The notes below the pieces were generated by a model. The model saw nothing but the letters and a program-made list of their open reading frames with translations. It did no database searches and was not told the DNA's origin. A DNA stretch of 64,000 nucleotides from Phyllobates terribilis (lineage: Eukaryota), in NCBI RefSeq assembly GCF_046119375.1, contig NW_027362762.1, forward strand, positions 329,344,001-329,408,000, given 5' to 3'. Below, piece by piece: positions 39,573 through 53,683 of this stretch; position 1 is the stretch's first letter; every line of letters starts with the position of its first letter. The translations under genes and the position numbers were made by a program.

Positions 39573-40485
39573 TACATAAATTTTAGAAGTCAGGTGAGAT
39601 TTAGGAGGCCTCCGTACATACCAGATGGTTCTCCGATCCTGCTAGAAGTTGGATTGGACTACTTTCATCTAATTATACGATCTGATAATTTGTATCTGAG
39701 AGCATGTTCTTATGCCTATTATGTTTTTTTTCTTTTTCTAGTCTATTATGCATTGTTAATGCTTAGCAAACAAGTATTGAAGTATTTACAGCAACAAAAA
39801 GTATATGTACCTATTTAATGGTTTAAGATAATGGATGCACAATAATTCAGATTCTCAGACTGTCTTAAGTGTCTTGTCCCACATGGGGGTTTTGTCCCTG
39901 TTGCTGCTCTCGGCTTATCCCTACTAGCATGTCTGGAATTCCTCATTATGGTAATACAAATGTTGACTTTAACTTTTTTTTTCTGTTCTTTGTGCTGCAC
40001 TGTGTAAATCTATCCTAAGTCATTTGTGACAGTTTTGTCAAAAATTGTGTTGCAGTTCTAACAAACGCAATGTAAGTACGTTATGATGGTACATTCACAC
40101 GTTGCGTTTTTGCTGTGTATTTTATGCAGTGTATTTGGTTCATAAAATACGCAGCATTTTACATTACCAGTTTAATCAATGAGATTTCTGAAATCTCATG
40201 CACACACTGAATATTTTTTCGATGCGTATTTTGAGCCTATCTGCATTTATGCCAAGTCGGAATATGTCCCATTCTTTCTGATTTTGCAGAAGATGAATGG
40301 CAGAAGACGCTGCAAAAATGCATCGTAAAACCGCATCAACAACGTGCATTTTTCCTGCCACCACTCTGGTCTTTCAATGCAAAAAGAAACACTGTAAATA
40401 TGCAACATGTGAACATACCCTTATTGCTGCCATAAGTATAATTTAATTATTATAAAATCAAAACCTTTTCTTTTGTGTCTATTAG

Positions 40486-40635
40486 CCATGACCCCGGTGA
40501 TACCGCCATACCTGTGTCTGCTCTTTTCGGTGTTGGCGTAGATGAACTTAAACAACGTGTAGAAAGTATAGTGCTGACAAATACGGAGAGGTTGATAAAG
40601 ACAATTAGAGTAAACCTGGAAAGTCCTCAATTAAG
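40486..40635 (+). CDS. GTPBP6: GTPBP6 coding exon 9
   Basis: 150 nt; HDPGDTAIPVSALFGVGVDELKQRVESIVLTNTERLIKTIRVNLESPQLS (G5 SAL); AG|GTATGC donor. Confidence 0.95.
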
Positions 40636-43096
40636 GTATGCTTTACTATCCTAAAGGAGTAGATACAGCATGGCTAAACCTTGTCACAAAATTTAGCACC
40701 TCGTTAATTTTATATTTCTGTATCACATTATTGCATGTTATTTATGAGGAACTTAAATCTAGTGTTAATATTGCTGTCCATCTTTGGGGACATTTTTTTA
40801 AGTGCTTAAATGCATTTTTCGCAATTGAGTTTCATTACGATTTTGCACTGTTTTGCCTTTTATAGCCATTGTGTTGCACTCTACTGCTGGCTGCAGAATG
40901 AGTTAAAGTAGTTGTCCAAACAAAATAAAAATTTTACCTGTGGCTTGATGTAATAAAAATTGACAAATGAACCTTTACTCTTCTACCGGCACTTATTAGG
41001 ATCCAGCGAATGTCGATCCGTGGTTTGCATTTACACCGGAAGGAAGTAGTCACCATTCACTGTGACAGCAGGACCACTGGAACCGGTGATTGGCTGCTAT
41101 GGTCAGGTGACTTCGCATGTTGATGACATGCTTCTAAGGACACCTAAACACTCCCGCCAATCACAGGTCCCAGGAGTCTTGCTGCTGATTTAAATGGTGT
41201 CTATTTCCTTCCAGTGTAAATGCTGACCGCGAGGTGACCTTCGCTGGATCCCAATAAATGCTGGTAGAAGAGTATAGCTACTAAAAAGGACCTTTCACAA
41301 GTTTGAGCATATTAAACTGGCCACATTATGGAATGGTGGCTGCAGATTTATTTAAAACATAGTTTTGTTACAAATACTTTAAGATCTCTTTTCACAGTGC
41401 TGTCAGCTCTCATCCTCCCCCACACCGACTGCCTTAAGATGAAATCTGGAAGTGTTTGTAATGGTACAGCAGAGCTGAGTTATGTATCTCTACACAACAG
41501 CAGCAGGGATCAGTAAGGAGAGGAGGGCATCTTCTTTTTTCCCTCTGCATAACGCTACCTGCTTATGATAGGTCAACCTCATGCAGGGGAAGAAGTACTC
41601 GCCCCCAAACATAAATCTCTGGTGACACCCAGTAGAACTATAACATAAAATATCACATAAACTTTACAAGCTAATATCACAGAGAAGAGAAATTAAAAAG
41701 TACGTTTTACTCAGCTTTGCTGCCACCATTCCATGGTGTGGTCAGTTTAATATGCTCAAAATGGTAAAAAGTCTTCGGAAATCAAGTAAAAAAAAACAAA
41801 ACAACTTTTTAAAGCTTGTCTGATTTTACAAGCTCCCTATTCCTCTACAGCTAATCTGCTGTGATGCTTTAAAGGGCATTTGTCTTTATGATCAACCCTT
41901 TTATGCAGTCTATATGGGCATACAGGTAATAGAAAGTTGAATAAAATGAAACCTTGATATCTGGGATCCAAAGTCTTATTCCAGAGTAATCCACATTTTT
42001 CTTTAATATGTAAATGAGCTGTTAAGATCTGTGGGCTGGACACAGATCTCACTGAGAATTTGTCTGCAGAGCTTATATTAAATGAAAGGGATGTTACTAG
42101 TGTGAGACATCTAATGACTGACAGTCTGCTCTTCTGATCTAAAATAAGCTCTGTGTCCGGACCATAGATGTTGTTAGCTAATTTACATATCTGTTTATAA
42201 GACATCAGATCTCCGATATCAAGGTATAATTTTATTCAACTTTCTATGACGTGCATGCCCTTATAGACTTCTTAGGAGTGTTATTCCTACTGACAGATTC
42301 CCTTTTAAAGTGGAGCTTCAACTTTGGAGCAGAATGTAACTAACGTATTAGAAAATTTTGCCCAGTTTTCTGCTAGAAAATTGTGTTGTCTATTTTTTGG
42401 GTGCAGATTTGTAATGTCCATGTGAACTGCATTATCTAAATAGCTTCTTTTTTTTTTCTTTTTACTTTATTTTATGGTATGTATTATCACATGTTGTATC
42501 TTGCAATGCAGACTGCATACATTTAAGGGGTAGTCCCCAGCGTAAAATATAAAACATCCTATACCCTCCTCCCGCAATGATGCTGTTCCAGTGATGTTGG
42601 GCTTCGTGATATTGTTATAACACGTGAGCTCTGTAGCCAAACAGCGGTCACTAATGGGCTGCAATGCTCATATTTTTTTCAGAAATCCTAGATTCATGTA
42701 AAGGAAATATGAGTGAAATAACTCATTAGTGGCCATTGATTGGCTGCAGTGCTCACATGGCATAACAACGTCACACGAGCACTGGCAAACCCAGTACCGA
42801 CATTGCTGGAATGGTGTTTGTAAACTGAAAACAGATACTCACCTTCCGCACAATGTGCACTAAAGTATTTAGGAAGGGGTTGTCTGTCATGAACAACCCC
42901 TTTTAATATACTAATCTTCTCCTGAGCTTTATTAATTCATCTCAGGTTGTATAATCCTTAAGTTAAAATGATCATTTTATGAGTACAACTACAACTAGAC
43001 TTATAAAGTGACCATGATAATGTTATTGTTGGGCTGGACAACTTTCATAAAGGATTATACAGCCATTCTGACATAAATTTTACAAGTAAATAAAGG

Positions 43097-43358
43097 GCAG
43101 CGCTGGGGTCCTGGGTTCAAATCCCACCAAGGTCAAAATCTGCAAGGAGTTTGTATGTTCTCGTGTTTGCTTGGGTTTCCCCCGGGTTCTCCGGTCTCAT
43201 CCCACACTCCAAAGACATACTGATGGGGAATGTAAATTGTGAGCCCCAATGGGGACAGTGCCCATAATGTCTGTAAATTGTCTGAATTGTAAAACGCTGC
43301 TTAATATGTTGGCGCTATATAAATAAGATTATTATTATTATTATTATAATAATAATTA
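43097..43358 (+). mobile_element. tRNA-derived SINE, 5' truncated
   Basis: B box ggttcaaatcc, body homologous to 13466-13751, (ATT)n tail. Confidence 0.85.
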
Positions 43359-44212
43359 AATACACCAGCCTCATAAGGTCTAAGATTTTTGCAATATAAT
43401 GTCTTATCTGCTGTAAAGACTTTTTTTCTCTCTTTACAATCATTTGCAACTAGGGCAGAATATAACCCCCCCCCCCCCCAACCCCCCAACCAAAGACCCC
43501 TTACATCACACACAAAATGCTCCTTATTTTGGAACTGTAGGCACTCTGCAATATCACTTAGTGTGATTTACTTGGTGAGTACCTCCATCAAGGAGATCGC
43601 TATAGTGAGGGAATGTTGTGCGTTTCATGTAGCGAGCTGGGCCACTGTGTGAAGGGATTGCCTTCAGGGCGTATGCAGTCTTGAAAAAGGGGGTTTACTA
43701 CTTCTCCTAGATTTTGCTATTACTAAGATTAAATTAAACACTTATGTTAGAATGGCCGGTCTGGTCTCATAGAAGTGTAACTACTTTGAGTGAGCCCTTC
43801 TTTTTTCAATGTGATGATATATTATAATCCACAGGTTGCTGTGCCCATAGGTATGCTTGAGAATGTTCAAGACAGGCCAACATGTCACCACAACCTGTGG
43901 ATTATAATATATCAGTACATATGAATTATGCATTGGGAGACCTTTCCAAACTGATCTACCTGAATGCGAGTGCCCGTTTTGACTCTTGCTCCTGGTGTGC
44001 TGCTCGCTCTTCTTTATACTTCTATGTGGAGCTGTCAGAAGTTCTTCAAGGTCATAAAAGGGAATTATTGGAAGTTTAGTTGCACAGTGATAATGAGAAG
44101 GGGTAAGTAATGCAGTGGTTTTATTGTACACCACTATTTATTGAATATCAAATTCTCTTGGCGACCTTCCTAGAATAATACTCCCTTAACCTGTCTTGCA
44201 TATGTCTGACAG

Positions 44213-44336
44213 CTGGCTGTACAAGGAAGCCTCAGTCCAAGAAGTGAAGGTGTTACCAGAAGAAGGATCAGCGGATGTGCTAGTCATTATAACCAGTGCT
44301 GTGTATGGAAAATACAAAAAACTGTTTTGTAAATGA
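44213..44336 (+). CDS. GTPBP6: GTPBP6 coding exon 10 (last)
   Basis: SWLYKEASVQEVKVLPEEGSADVLVIITSAVYGKYKKLFCK then TGA. Total CDS 1548 nt = 515 aa, in frame across all ten exons. Confidence 0.97.
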
Positions 44337-44505
44337 GCTCAGAGTAATAGTATTTTACACAAATCAAGTACAGCGTGGCTACAACTCAAGAGGGAGCATC
44401 CTGCTATTTATTGATGGGCTGCAGCCCGTATACCGTATGGATCTCTGAAGATTCAGGAATATGGGATGCCGCACAATATCTAATGAGATGATTATCACTG
44501 CCATA

Positions 44506-44511
44506 AATAAA
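44506..44511 (+). terminator. Probable GTPBP6 polyadenylation signal AATAAA
   Basis: First AATAAA 170 nt after the stop, followed by T/GT-rich sequence (~44536-44573). Confidence 0.7.
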
Positions 44512-44573
44512 ATATTTTCATACTAATGAATGTTATCTATTTTTGTATGTAAGTATCTGAATGTTTGTTTTTT

Positions 44574-44760
44574 GCAGTGTGGTTAGCGCTGTAGCCTTGC
44601 AGCGCTGAAGTCTTGTGTTCGAAAACCAACAATGACAGCATCTGCATGGAGTTTGGAAACCCATGCAAAACATGGGGAGAACATACAAAGACTTACTGAT
44701 AAGCAATGTAGATAGTCATCACTCACTGTCCCCAAAGGGGGGTCACAATGTCTGTAAAGC
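44574..44760 (+). mobile_element. Degenerate tRNA-derived SINE
   Basis: gtggttagcgctgtagccttgcagcgctg head and internal blocks homologous to the other two SINE copies. Confidence 0.65.
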
Positions 44761-45005
44761 ATGGGTGGGCAAATCATTTATACAATGGGCCAAATAAGGA
44801 ACTGGTGCTGTTGCGGAGGGCTGAAGATGCCCTGAGCTCAGTGAGGCTCTCCTAGGCTCATTCTGAGTCTAATAGACTTATCCTGAGAAAGTGACTTCCG
44901 GTCCACACAACAGACACAGTGGGAACTGGCAGTCCGCAAATGCTTTTATCTGATGCCGTAACTGCATTGAAAACAGCATAAGACAGCGACCGGTAAGTTT
45001 TGTAA

Positions 45006-45772
45006 AGGCCCCCGTCACACATAACGAGATCGCTAGCGAGATCGCTAATGAGTCACGATTTTGGTGATGCAATAGCGATCTCGCTAGCGATCTTGTTATG
45101 TCTGACAGGTAGCAACGATCAGGCCCCTGCTGTGAGATCGCTGATCGTTACAAAGCTTCCTGGACCATTCCTGGGTCGTTGCGCTCCCGCTGGGCAGTGT
45201 GCATCGCTGTATTTGACACCTTATCAACGACCTCGTTAGCGATTCAGAACTGAGACATGTAGGCATGCATAAATTGGACTTTTCTGCGCTCCTCGTCCCC
45301 GATTGGTGGTCACTACTGCGTCCTTGTTTATTCAGATCCCACCAGCGTTCTCCGGCTGTGACTCCACTTTGAAGAAATCAGGCATCTTTAGCGAGGTAGG
45401 TATTGTTTGGGGTCTCAAATGAGTTTTCATTTTTAATGGAGACGCAGTAGAGATCCCATCTGACCAGAGACGCAGTGTTAAACCAAGGCCACCCAATCTG
45501 AATGCAGTAGCGTCCACCAACTGGAGATGAGGGGGGCGCGGAAAAGCAATTTTATGCACGCCTTTCTGACACAGTACAGTCCCTATCCAGGTGTGGATCG
45601 TTGAAATAGCTGCTGTGTGAAAGCGTCCCAACGACCACCGAGATCGTTGGTTAGATCGCTGGGGTGGCCGAGATCGTTGGAAAGTTCTGCATGTTTGAAA
45701 TCTCCCCAGCGATCCCAAAACCGTGACGCAATAACGATCTCGCTAGCGATCTCGTTGTGTGTGACAGGGCCT
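45006..45772. mobile_element. PIF/Harbinger-type MITE (family B)
   Basis: TIR AGGCCC(C)CGTCACACA with gatcgctagcgagatcg subterminal palindromes at both ends; flanks TAA / TTA. Confidence 0.82.
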
Positions 45773-46397
45773 TTACACACTCTCTACAAACACATTAGTG
45801 ATTGATTGCTAACAGAGGAAACAATACAAAAATTGCTGGAGTGTTCCTTTAAAGAGATATTCTAAGTGAGACATGGATTTCTTTGTTTGATGCCTCAGTA
45901 CTAAAACCCATAATAAACTACATTTTTTTATATTTTGGCCAAATGGCCTCAATGTAACATTCATTTGGCATATATTGAGTGAATGTGAGTTTACAGGCAG
46001 ATAAAATACAAAACTGACCCTGGACAATGTAGTAGGACACAACTAGTAATCAACAAAACCATCTATATAGATGTGTCCGTCTTTTAGCCCTCCAACCCCC
46101 GGACGATTTTTTTTTTTTTTTTTTTCTTCTTCATTTTTCCATCAATATAGCCGTGTGAGAGCTTGTTTTTTTGCGTAACCAGTTGTGCTTTTGAATTACA
46201 CTATTCATTCTACCACACAGTGTACTGGAAATCGGGTGGTGAAATTACAAAAAAAAGTGCAATTCCACAATTTTGTTTTGTTCTTTATTTTATTTACCAT
46301 GTTCACTATATGGTAAAACTGACCTGATAATATGATTCTCCAGGTCAATATGAGAATGCAGATGCCAAATATATATGTGTGTGTGTGTGTGTGTGTG

Positions 46398-46980
46398 TCA
46401 CCAAACAGTTCTATCTTCGTCTCATCCGACCAGAGAATCTTATTTCTCATAGTCTGGGAGTCCTTCGTGTGTTTTTGAGTAAACTCTATGCGGGCTTTCA
46501 TATGTCTTGCACTGAGGAGAGGCTTCCGTCGGGCCACTCTGCCATAAAGGCCCGACTGGTGGAGGACTGCAGTGATAGTTGACTTTGTGGAACTTTCTCC
46601 CATCTCCCTACTGCATCTCTGAAGCTCAGCCACAGTGATCTTGGGGTTCTTCTTTACCTCTCTCACCAAGGCTCTTCTCCCACGATCGCTCAGTTTGGCT
46701 GGACGGCCAGGTCTAGGAAGACTTCTGGTGGTCCCAAACTTCTTCCTTTTAAGGATTATGGAGGCCACTGTGCTCTTAGGAACCTTGAGTAATGCAGAAA
46801 TTCTTTTGTAACCTTGGCCAGATCTGTGCCTTGCCACAATTCTGTCTCTGAGCTCCTTGGGCAGTTCCTTTTGAGCTCATGATTCTCATTTGGTCTGACA
46901 TGCACTGTGAGCTGTGAGGTCTTATATAGACAGGTGTGTGCCTTTCCAAATCAAGTCCTATCAGTTTGAATACTTTTCGT
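46398..46980 (-). mobile_element. Truncated Tc1 element (paired-like HTH part of the transposase)
   Basis: ARHRSGQGYKRISALLKVPKSTVASIILKRKKFG...WSDETKIELFG, cut off at a (TG)n tract at ~46375-46397. Confidence 0.88.
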
Positions 46981-47730
46981 ACCCACTGTAGGTTTTGGAA
47001 TAATAAGTTCCACAATTGGATGTGTTTAAATAAAAAATGTTCATGTGCTGATAATCTTACAAATGTGCCCCTGCTATGTACTGTGTAATGGCTGTGTCTA
47101 ACTGTACATGGTCTGATCATACCACAGCTCCTGGGCAGGGAATGAAGCAAAATGATTCTTTCTTTTAGGTAAAACCTTGCCTAAAAACAGTCGGTGAAAA
47201 GTTTTAGCTCACAGAAAGAACCAACTGTGATCCCATACTGTCCTGTTTGTATACTCTTTTACATGCTCACGTGGCCAAAAGCTGTGGTATGATCAGACCA
47301 TTTTCCTGCAGTCAGACACAGCCATTACATTTCGTTATATTACAAGATTCTCAGCACAGGAACATTTAAAAAACAAAACAAAAACATCCACTTGTGGAAC
47401 AAATTTTTATTCCAAGATCTAGCGATTAACATTAACTTTGTTTGTGGGACAACCCCTTTAATGCTTCAGCATGCCAAACATTTTGAACAATTGCTTGTTT
47501 TCAAATTTATCGGAACACTTTGGAGGAAGTCCCTTTTCTGTTCCTGCCTGACTGTGTACAAAGCAAGGCCATAAAGGGATGCTTCAGTGAGTTTGGTGTA
47601 AAACGGGTGCACAACATTTTTTTGATCCAAGGGCCACATTTCCATACTAAACCAATTCCAAGGGCAACAAAGTTTTTTTTAAAGGGGTACTTCTATAAAT
47701 ACATCACCAGAACCACCATCAGTACATTAA

Positions 47731-48199
47731 CCACTTAACAACATACGATGTGTAAATACGTCATATGTCGTGTTTCCCCCTTTGATGTGGGCTTCGGCGG
47801 TGAGCCCGCATCTTTTCCAGCAGCTGTCATGTGCCCCTAACAGCCGTGGGTGGAATTGCGACCCACCCGCGGCTATTAACATGTTAAATGCCACTGTTTA
47901 TCTCTGACAGTGGCATTTAATTTGCGCAAACCAGATGCGCGTCACTACTTCTGCCCGTTGGTGCCCCATCACATGATCACGGGGCGCCGATGGGTTGGCA
48001 TGAAAACCCAGGATCTGCAGGAGACCCCTGCCGTTGTCATTGCCAAACTGCTATGAGCACCGGAAAACAGAAAAAAATCTATACGTTTGGTATCTACGAA
48101 CTCGTAATGACGTGGAGAATCGTAATTGCAAAAAAGTTATGGCTCTGGGAAGAAGGGGAGCAAAAAACGAAAGCAGAAAATGGTCCTGGGGTGAAGGGG
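47731..48199. mobile_element. piggyBac-like TTAA MITE
   Basis: TTAA-CCACTTAAC ... GTGAAGGGG-TTAA. Confidence 0.7.
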
Positions 48200-50111
48200 T
48201 TAATACATCTGAACCAAGTTTTGAGTATTTGAGGAGGATTTGGAGAGTTTCTGTTCCAAAAAAATCAGTGTGAACACACGCTAACTTAAACTGAGTGTTT
48301 GGAGCAGAAACTCGCCAAATGCTCATAATCTCAAATCTAAGTTTTTAGGTTTTAATATAGCCATGAAGCACATTATGGATTGCTACATGTGCACAAGATC
48401 AGAACCACCGTCAGTACAAGCATGTAGCGCCAGAAACTACATCAGTACAAGAATGCAGCGCCAGAACCACTGTCATTACACAAACAGATCGCCAGATCCG
48501 CAATCAGTACGTGTATATAGCACCAAGTTTAATATAGTGATCAATTGTAATGTCAGGTCAGCCCCATATATGAAATATATATTAAGTTAGGTTCCCAGCA
48601 AAGAAGGTCGCCTTGTGGATGACTGTTGACCACACATGAATTTATGCGCTAAGCATCTCATTTTTTAACTTTTCTTTTCTAGAACAGCAATGCCATTCCA
48701 ATTTCATATATTTCATGTTTGCATACTATAGCGTTACAGAGTGCAGCTTTAATTTGTTAGTTACATATGGAAGTAGCTCTTTTAGCTTGCACCTGTTCAC
48801 ACCTGTTTTTCTGTTTGGAAGTGACAAAAAAAACACGATTGTTGGAAAAAAAAGTAAATTTATTGCTCTGCAGAAGTAGTAAAACATAAAACAATTATAT
48901 AAATGCTGTATCAAAAGATGCAAAACTACGGTTATTGATACTGTACAATAAACAGCAATGTCAACAGCAAAAAATGTTTTTGTTAATGTGGTTATTTGGT
49001 TTAAAAACAGCAAACCTAAAAAAAAAAAAAAAAAAAAGGTACAGCATACCACACTGCTATTCTCCTTAAAAACATACACCTTTTAAGAAATATAGTTAAA
49101 CATAAGTATGATTGTATTACGTCTGACTGTTACGGTCTGTGGCTTTGCTTTTTCAATACGTTTTTTTATTTATTTTTTTGCGATTTTCAAACATGCTCAC
49201 TAGAAAGGTGCATAGATCGTAAATGTGAACAGCCATTGTTTTCACGGCCCAATGTCGTAACCTTCTGCGAATCGCCTGTTTTGTCAAAATGCTTAATAGA
49301 ACCACAGAGGAAATGATTGAGAGATGTAGTGTTCAAAAATGATGGCCACTTGTGGGGTGTTTCTGTTGTTCAGGCACCTCAGGGGCTCTGCAAATATGAC
49401 CTGGCATCTGCAATCTATTCAGCCAAATTTGTGCACCAAAAGTAAAATGACACTCCTTCCCTTCATAGCCCTACTGTGTGCCCAAACAGTAGTTCATGAC
49501 CACATATGCGTATCAAATTGTGGAGTTACTTACCCTTAAAAAAATGAAAAATTTGTGGCTAAATTAGTGGAAAAAAATATTTTTTCACTTACACATTCCA
49601 TTGTGTTAATTCATGTGAAGCAACTGAAGGGTTTACAAATTTTCTGATTGATGTTTTGAATATCTTGAGGGGAGCAATTTTTTTTTAAAATGAGATCACT
49701 TTTGTTTTTAAAGGGAAAGTGCCGTGATTTTAATTTTTGTATTAATAATTACTTCAAAGTGAACAGCTCTTGGAAATTCCCTTGGAAATATGAAAAATTA
49801 CTGTCTTCTAGTGTCCTCACAATATAAAGAGGGTTGAAAAATTATACCGATGAAAGTAAAATGTGGTACATGGAGTTTAATAACTTTTTTTGTGTGTGGT
49901 GCAACTATCTGGTCTATTGTGCAGTCAGACTGCCGTATTAATCGTGCGATGATCGCATCGCAATCCTCAGACTGGCCGTCGGCTCCCCTGACCTGAGTGT
50001 GACAGCTGTAAAGAAATAAATGCTGTCACGCTCAAGTTAGTAGTGCCACCGGCCAGTCTGAGCATCGCGATGCAATCCACTCGTGAGTATTATGGCAGTC
50101 CTGCACCCTAA

Positions 50112-50947
50112 GGCTAAGTGCCCACGATGCAGAAATGCTGCGGAGCGTTTCTGCATCTGCCTGGCAGAAAAAAAACGCATCCGGATTTTACATGCGTTTT
50201 TTTTCTGCCAGGTAGAAGCGTTTGTGAAGCGTTTTGAACATGCGATTTCACATGCGGGTTGTGAAGCTCTTTTCCAAGCGATTTTAGCATCACGTGGAAA
50301 AGCAACCGGCATGGATTTATGTTGTGTGACCAAGTTACGATGCTGCAAATGCGGCATCAATAGTATAAAAAAATAAAAAATTATACTCTCCTTCCGATGG
50401 CCCCCGGTCTCCTCCGGCGCGTCTGGTGTCTTCGGATGCTCGCGGTGGTAAAAGGACCTTCCATGACGTCATTTAGTCATGTGACAGGTCACGCGACCGC
50501 TGACGTCATGGAAGGTCCTTTTACCACCGCGAGCAGCCGAAGAGCCAGCAGCACCGCCAGGAGCAGACAGGGGACCATCAGAAGGTAAGTATATGTTTTT
50601 TATTTTTTTTTATTTCTTTAACTACAGCTACTATGATACCCGGGTCTGGAGAAGTCTCCTCTTCTCCAGACCTGGGTACCATCCGCGCATTGAACCACAT
50701 AATATCCGCATGCGGATGTTATGCGGTCCAATGCAAGTCAATGGCGGCGATTTCGCAAAATTAATAGTCGTGCTGCGGATTTTTCCGCAATGATAATCCG
50801 CAGCGGAAATTCCCGCAGCATGTGCACAGCACATCCGGATTATCATTGGGAAACATGGCAGACAACTTAACATGCGTTTTTAATGCGTTTTCGCGGCGGA
50901 AATGCAGCCGCGGAAAAGCATTAAATCCGCATCGTGGGCACGCAACC
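50112..50947. mobile_element. PIF/Harbinger-type MITE (family A)
   Basis: GGCTAAGTGCCCACGATGC start, GCATCGTGGGCACGCAACC end, TAA/TTA flanks, same internal modules as 8689-9516. Confidence 0.82.
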
Positions 50948-51879
50948 TTAAAGGCATAAAACTTCAAAGTTTGAAAATTAGTACTTTTTCTACATTTTCA
51001 GTAAATTTCAGATTATTCATCGATCAATGCAAAATATATTGACCTAAATTTACAACAAACCTAAAGTACAATTTGTCATGGAAAAAAAGCAGTCAAAGAA
51101 TCACTGCGCTATGTAGAAGCATTCTTAAGTAATTACAATAAGGTGACACATGTCAGACTTGAAAATTGGGGCTTGGTCGTAAAGAGGAAAGACGTTAAAG
51201 GGAGAGTAGCCTCAGAAAATTACTTATAACACAAAACGCTGATTTAAATGATGATGATGATTATTTTTAATTTAGAATTTTTTTATTTTTATATTGCAAA
51301 TTTTTATTAAAAAAAATAGTAATCTTGCAGTTTTCTCTCAGGAACAGTTTATAGCAAAACTCCATATTATCAGAGGCAGGATTACAATGTACAATGACAA
51401 AGAACACTATACACAATAGGCAATGTCAGAGTTGACACAATGACCTTTGCACATGCTCATTAGATACATCCGTACAAAAGTTAGGGTTGGGATCAAACCA
51501 CTGTGGCTATGTACATGTGTTATTTCCTGAAACAATAGGAAGTTGGAGTCTAAGAAAGCCCCAGTGGCCAGTGAGAAAATGGCAAGATTTCTATTTTTTA
51601 TATTGATTGATTGCGAGTTGTTTAAAAAAAAAAAATCATTTAATACAAAAACCGGATTAAAACAATAGGTTATTGTCTGATGATGGCTTCCCATTAGAGC
51701 ACCATTCCAGCATTTTTTTTTTTTATTTCCACGCTGCAGTGGTGCCACTAATGTAGGTACCCTTATCCTGGTATTATATTTCCAGCAGCCATTACTGGCG
51801 CTACTCCAGGCCCGGAAGTTGGAAGGAACGGTCACAGGCTCTTATATTAAGTCTATGAGAGCTTACATTGAGTTGTGAC

Positions 51880-52179
51880 TAGAGATGAGAGAACCTGAAC
51901 TTAAAAGTTTGGGGATCGTACCAGACAGTTAGTGTCCGCAGCTAAACGCCGAACACTGACTTCTCCCGGAAGTCTGTTGCAAAGTGTAGAGTTCAGGGGG
52001 AAGTCTGTTGGGGGGAGCGAGAGAGAATTTTTTTTTTCCAGGTCCAAAGTTCGGAACTCCATTGTTTTCAATGGGGTTCTGGTTCAAGTTCAGGTATAGT
52101 CCTGGTACCGAACCGAACTTTGGACTAAAGTTCGGGTTGGGTACCAGAACTTGCACTTCCACAGGTCCGCTCATCCCTA
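51880..52179. mobile_element. hAT-type MITE
   Basis: TIR TAGAGATGAG / CTCATCCCTA with a perfect 8-bp TSD GTTGTGAC. Confidence 0.88.
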
Positions 52180-52430
52180 GTTGTGACTTCCGGATCGCCC
52201 AGCAAACACTAGAGCAATCTGGCATGTCACAACCTGCAGAAGATCCAGAGAACCGTGGATAACAGATGAAGACAGCAGCTGGTAAGTATAAGACTAGGGG
52301 AGGGAACTTGGATTAGTAGCACCACTCCAGCGTTGCAATAAAAAACCCGCTGGAGTGGTGCTTTAATAGGTGATATTGCTATCCATACATACAGCGTATT
52401 TAACTGCATAGTGCAAAGTACTACACCATT

Positions 52431-52696
52431 TCAAGTCTTGTAGCTAAGCAGTGCATCAGTTCTGTCTAAAAGCTTCATATTGAGCTTAATCACAGCAGAA
52501 ACAAAGTCATCAGATCCAATAAGATCTTCTGCAATAATATTGGTGGCATCACCGCTCCCTCCTGGATGTTGCTTCTGCACCCACTTATACAAAAATGGAA
52601 GTTTAGGCAAAGTCATGCTTTTCATGGAACCAAATGGATGTTTTAAGATGTAAGACCCATTCTCCGTTAAATTAAGACCAGCCACAAAAAATCCAT
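52431..52696 (-). CDS. PLCXD1: PI-PLC X domain-containing protein 1, last coding exon
   Basis: tttacag acceptor, phase 1; DGFFVAGLNLTEN...MTLPKLP...TNIIAEDLIGSDDFVSAVIKLNMKLL matches the PLCXD1 C-terminus (human TNIIAGDFIGADGFVSDVIALNQKLL). Confidence 0.9.
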
Positions 52697-53683
52697 CTGT
52701 AAAATATATAGTACAATTAGGATCAAAGATAAAAAACAGAATTTTTTCAGTTTTTTTTTACTGTATTATATACCATATTGATTATATAGTAATCTTTAGC
52801 AACTAGACAGATTCAGAATTTTCTATCAATGTTCTTTAGCTATTTTTAAATTGTTATCCCTTACCAAAGCCCAACATATGGGATTTCACTGCCTTGCAAG
52901 TGGATAAAACAGGTGGAATCTTTAGAGCATGTTCACACGTCGCGTTTTTTTCCCAGCAAAGTGGATGAGATTTCTAAAATCTCGATGACTATTCTATATA
53001 TTTGTTTCTTGCAGATCTGCAGCATGTAAATGCTCTGAGTTGCAGTAGCTTAGGTATCCATAGTGACCTATATAGTGACAGTGGGTGGTTAATGGTCGTA
53101 ACAATGGATATCCAAGCAACTTGCAATGGCCTCCACATGATGTAAGGAACATAGGTTATCAGGAGAACTATACTAAATTTCTAATTGGAGGTATTTGCCA
53201 ATATTATTATTATTACACCTACTACATATTGGGATAGGATCTTGAAGATGGGAATACCCCTTTAATGTATTTAAACATGTAAAGTGAAAATGCAGGCGAT
53301 AAAAATATTTTATGTAGAAAACTTTTTTCTTTTTTTAAATTAAGTTTGTTTTAGAAATTTATTCTTCGAAATGGAAAAGATACCCTGGGGATGGGGGAGG
53401 GGGTGACAGTAGAATAGATCTCATCATAGCAGATTTTTGTTTTGTGCTACGAAAAAAGGGAAATGGAAAAAACGACAATGCTTAAGAATCCAATCAGATT
53501 TTCCATGGTTTCACATTTTAGATTTTTGTGTGAAGTAGCACAGTTTTATGTAGCTGCAGGCCTAAATACACTTTCTAGACCTGCTTTTTAAGTGAATTTT
53601 ACGTTTTGAAAACCAAAGATTCATTAATTTTTTAGGCTGTTTTTTTTTTGTTTCGCGATATATTGCAGTACGAGAACAATATA

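Noticed and set aside
41837-42205. 122-aa minus-strand ORF in GTPBP6 intron 9
   Set aside because: No recognisable domain, no splice support, composition unremarkable.
43811-43965. Possible C/D snoRNA (GTGATGA ... CTGA)
   Set aside because: No convincing terminal stem or C'/D' boxes; the internal inverted repeat is reported separately.
45332-45718. 128-aa ORF inside the family B Harbinger MITE
   Set aside because: Partly a translation of subterminal repeats; no Harbinger DDE or Myb-like motif recognisable.
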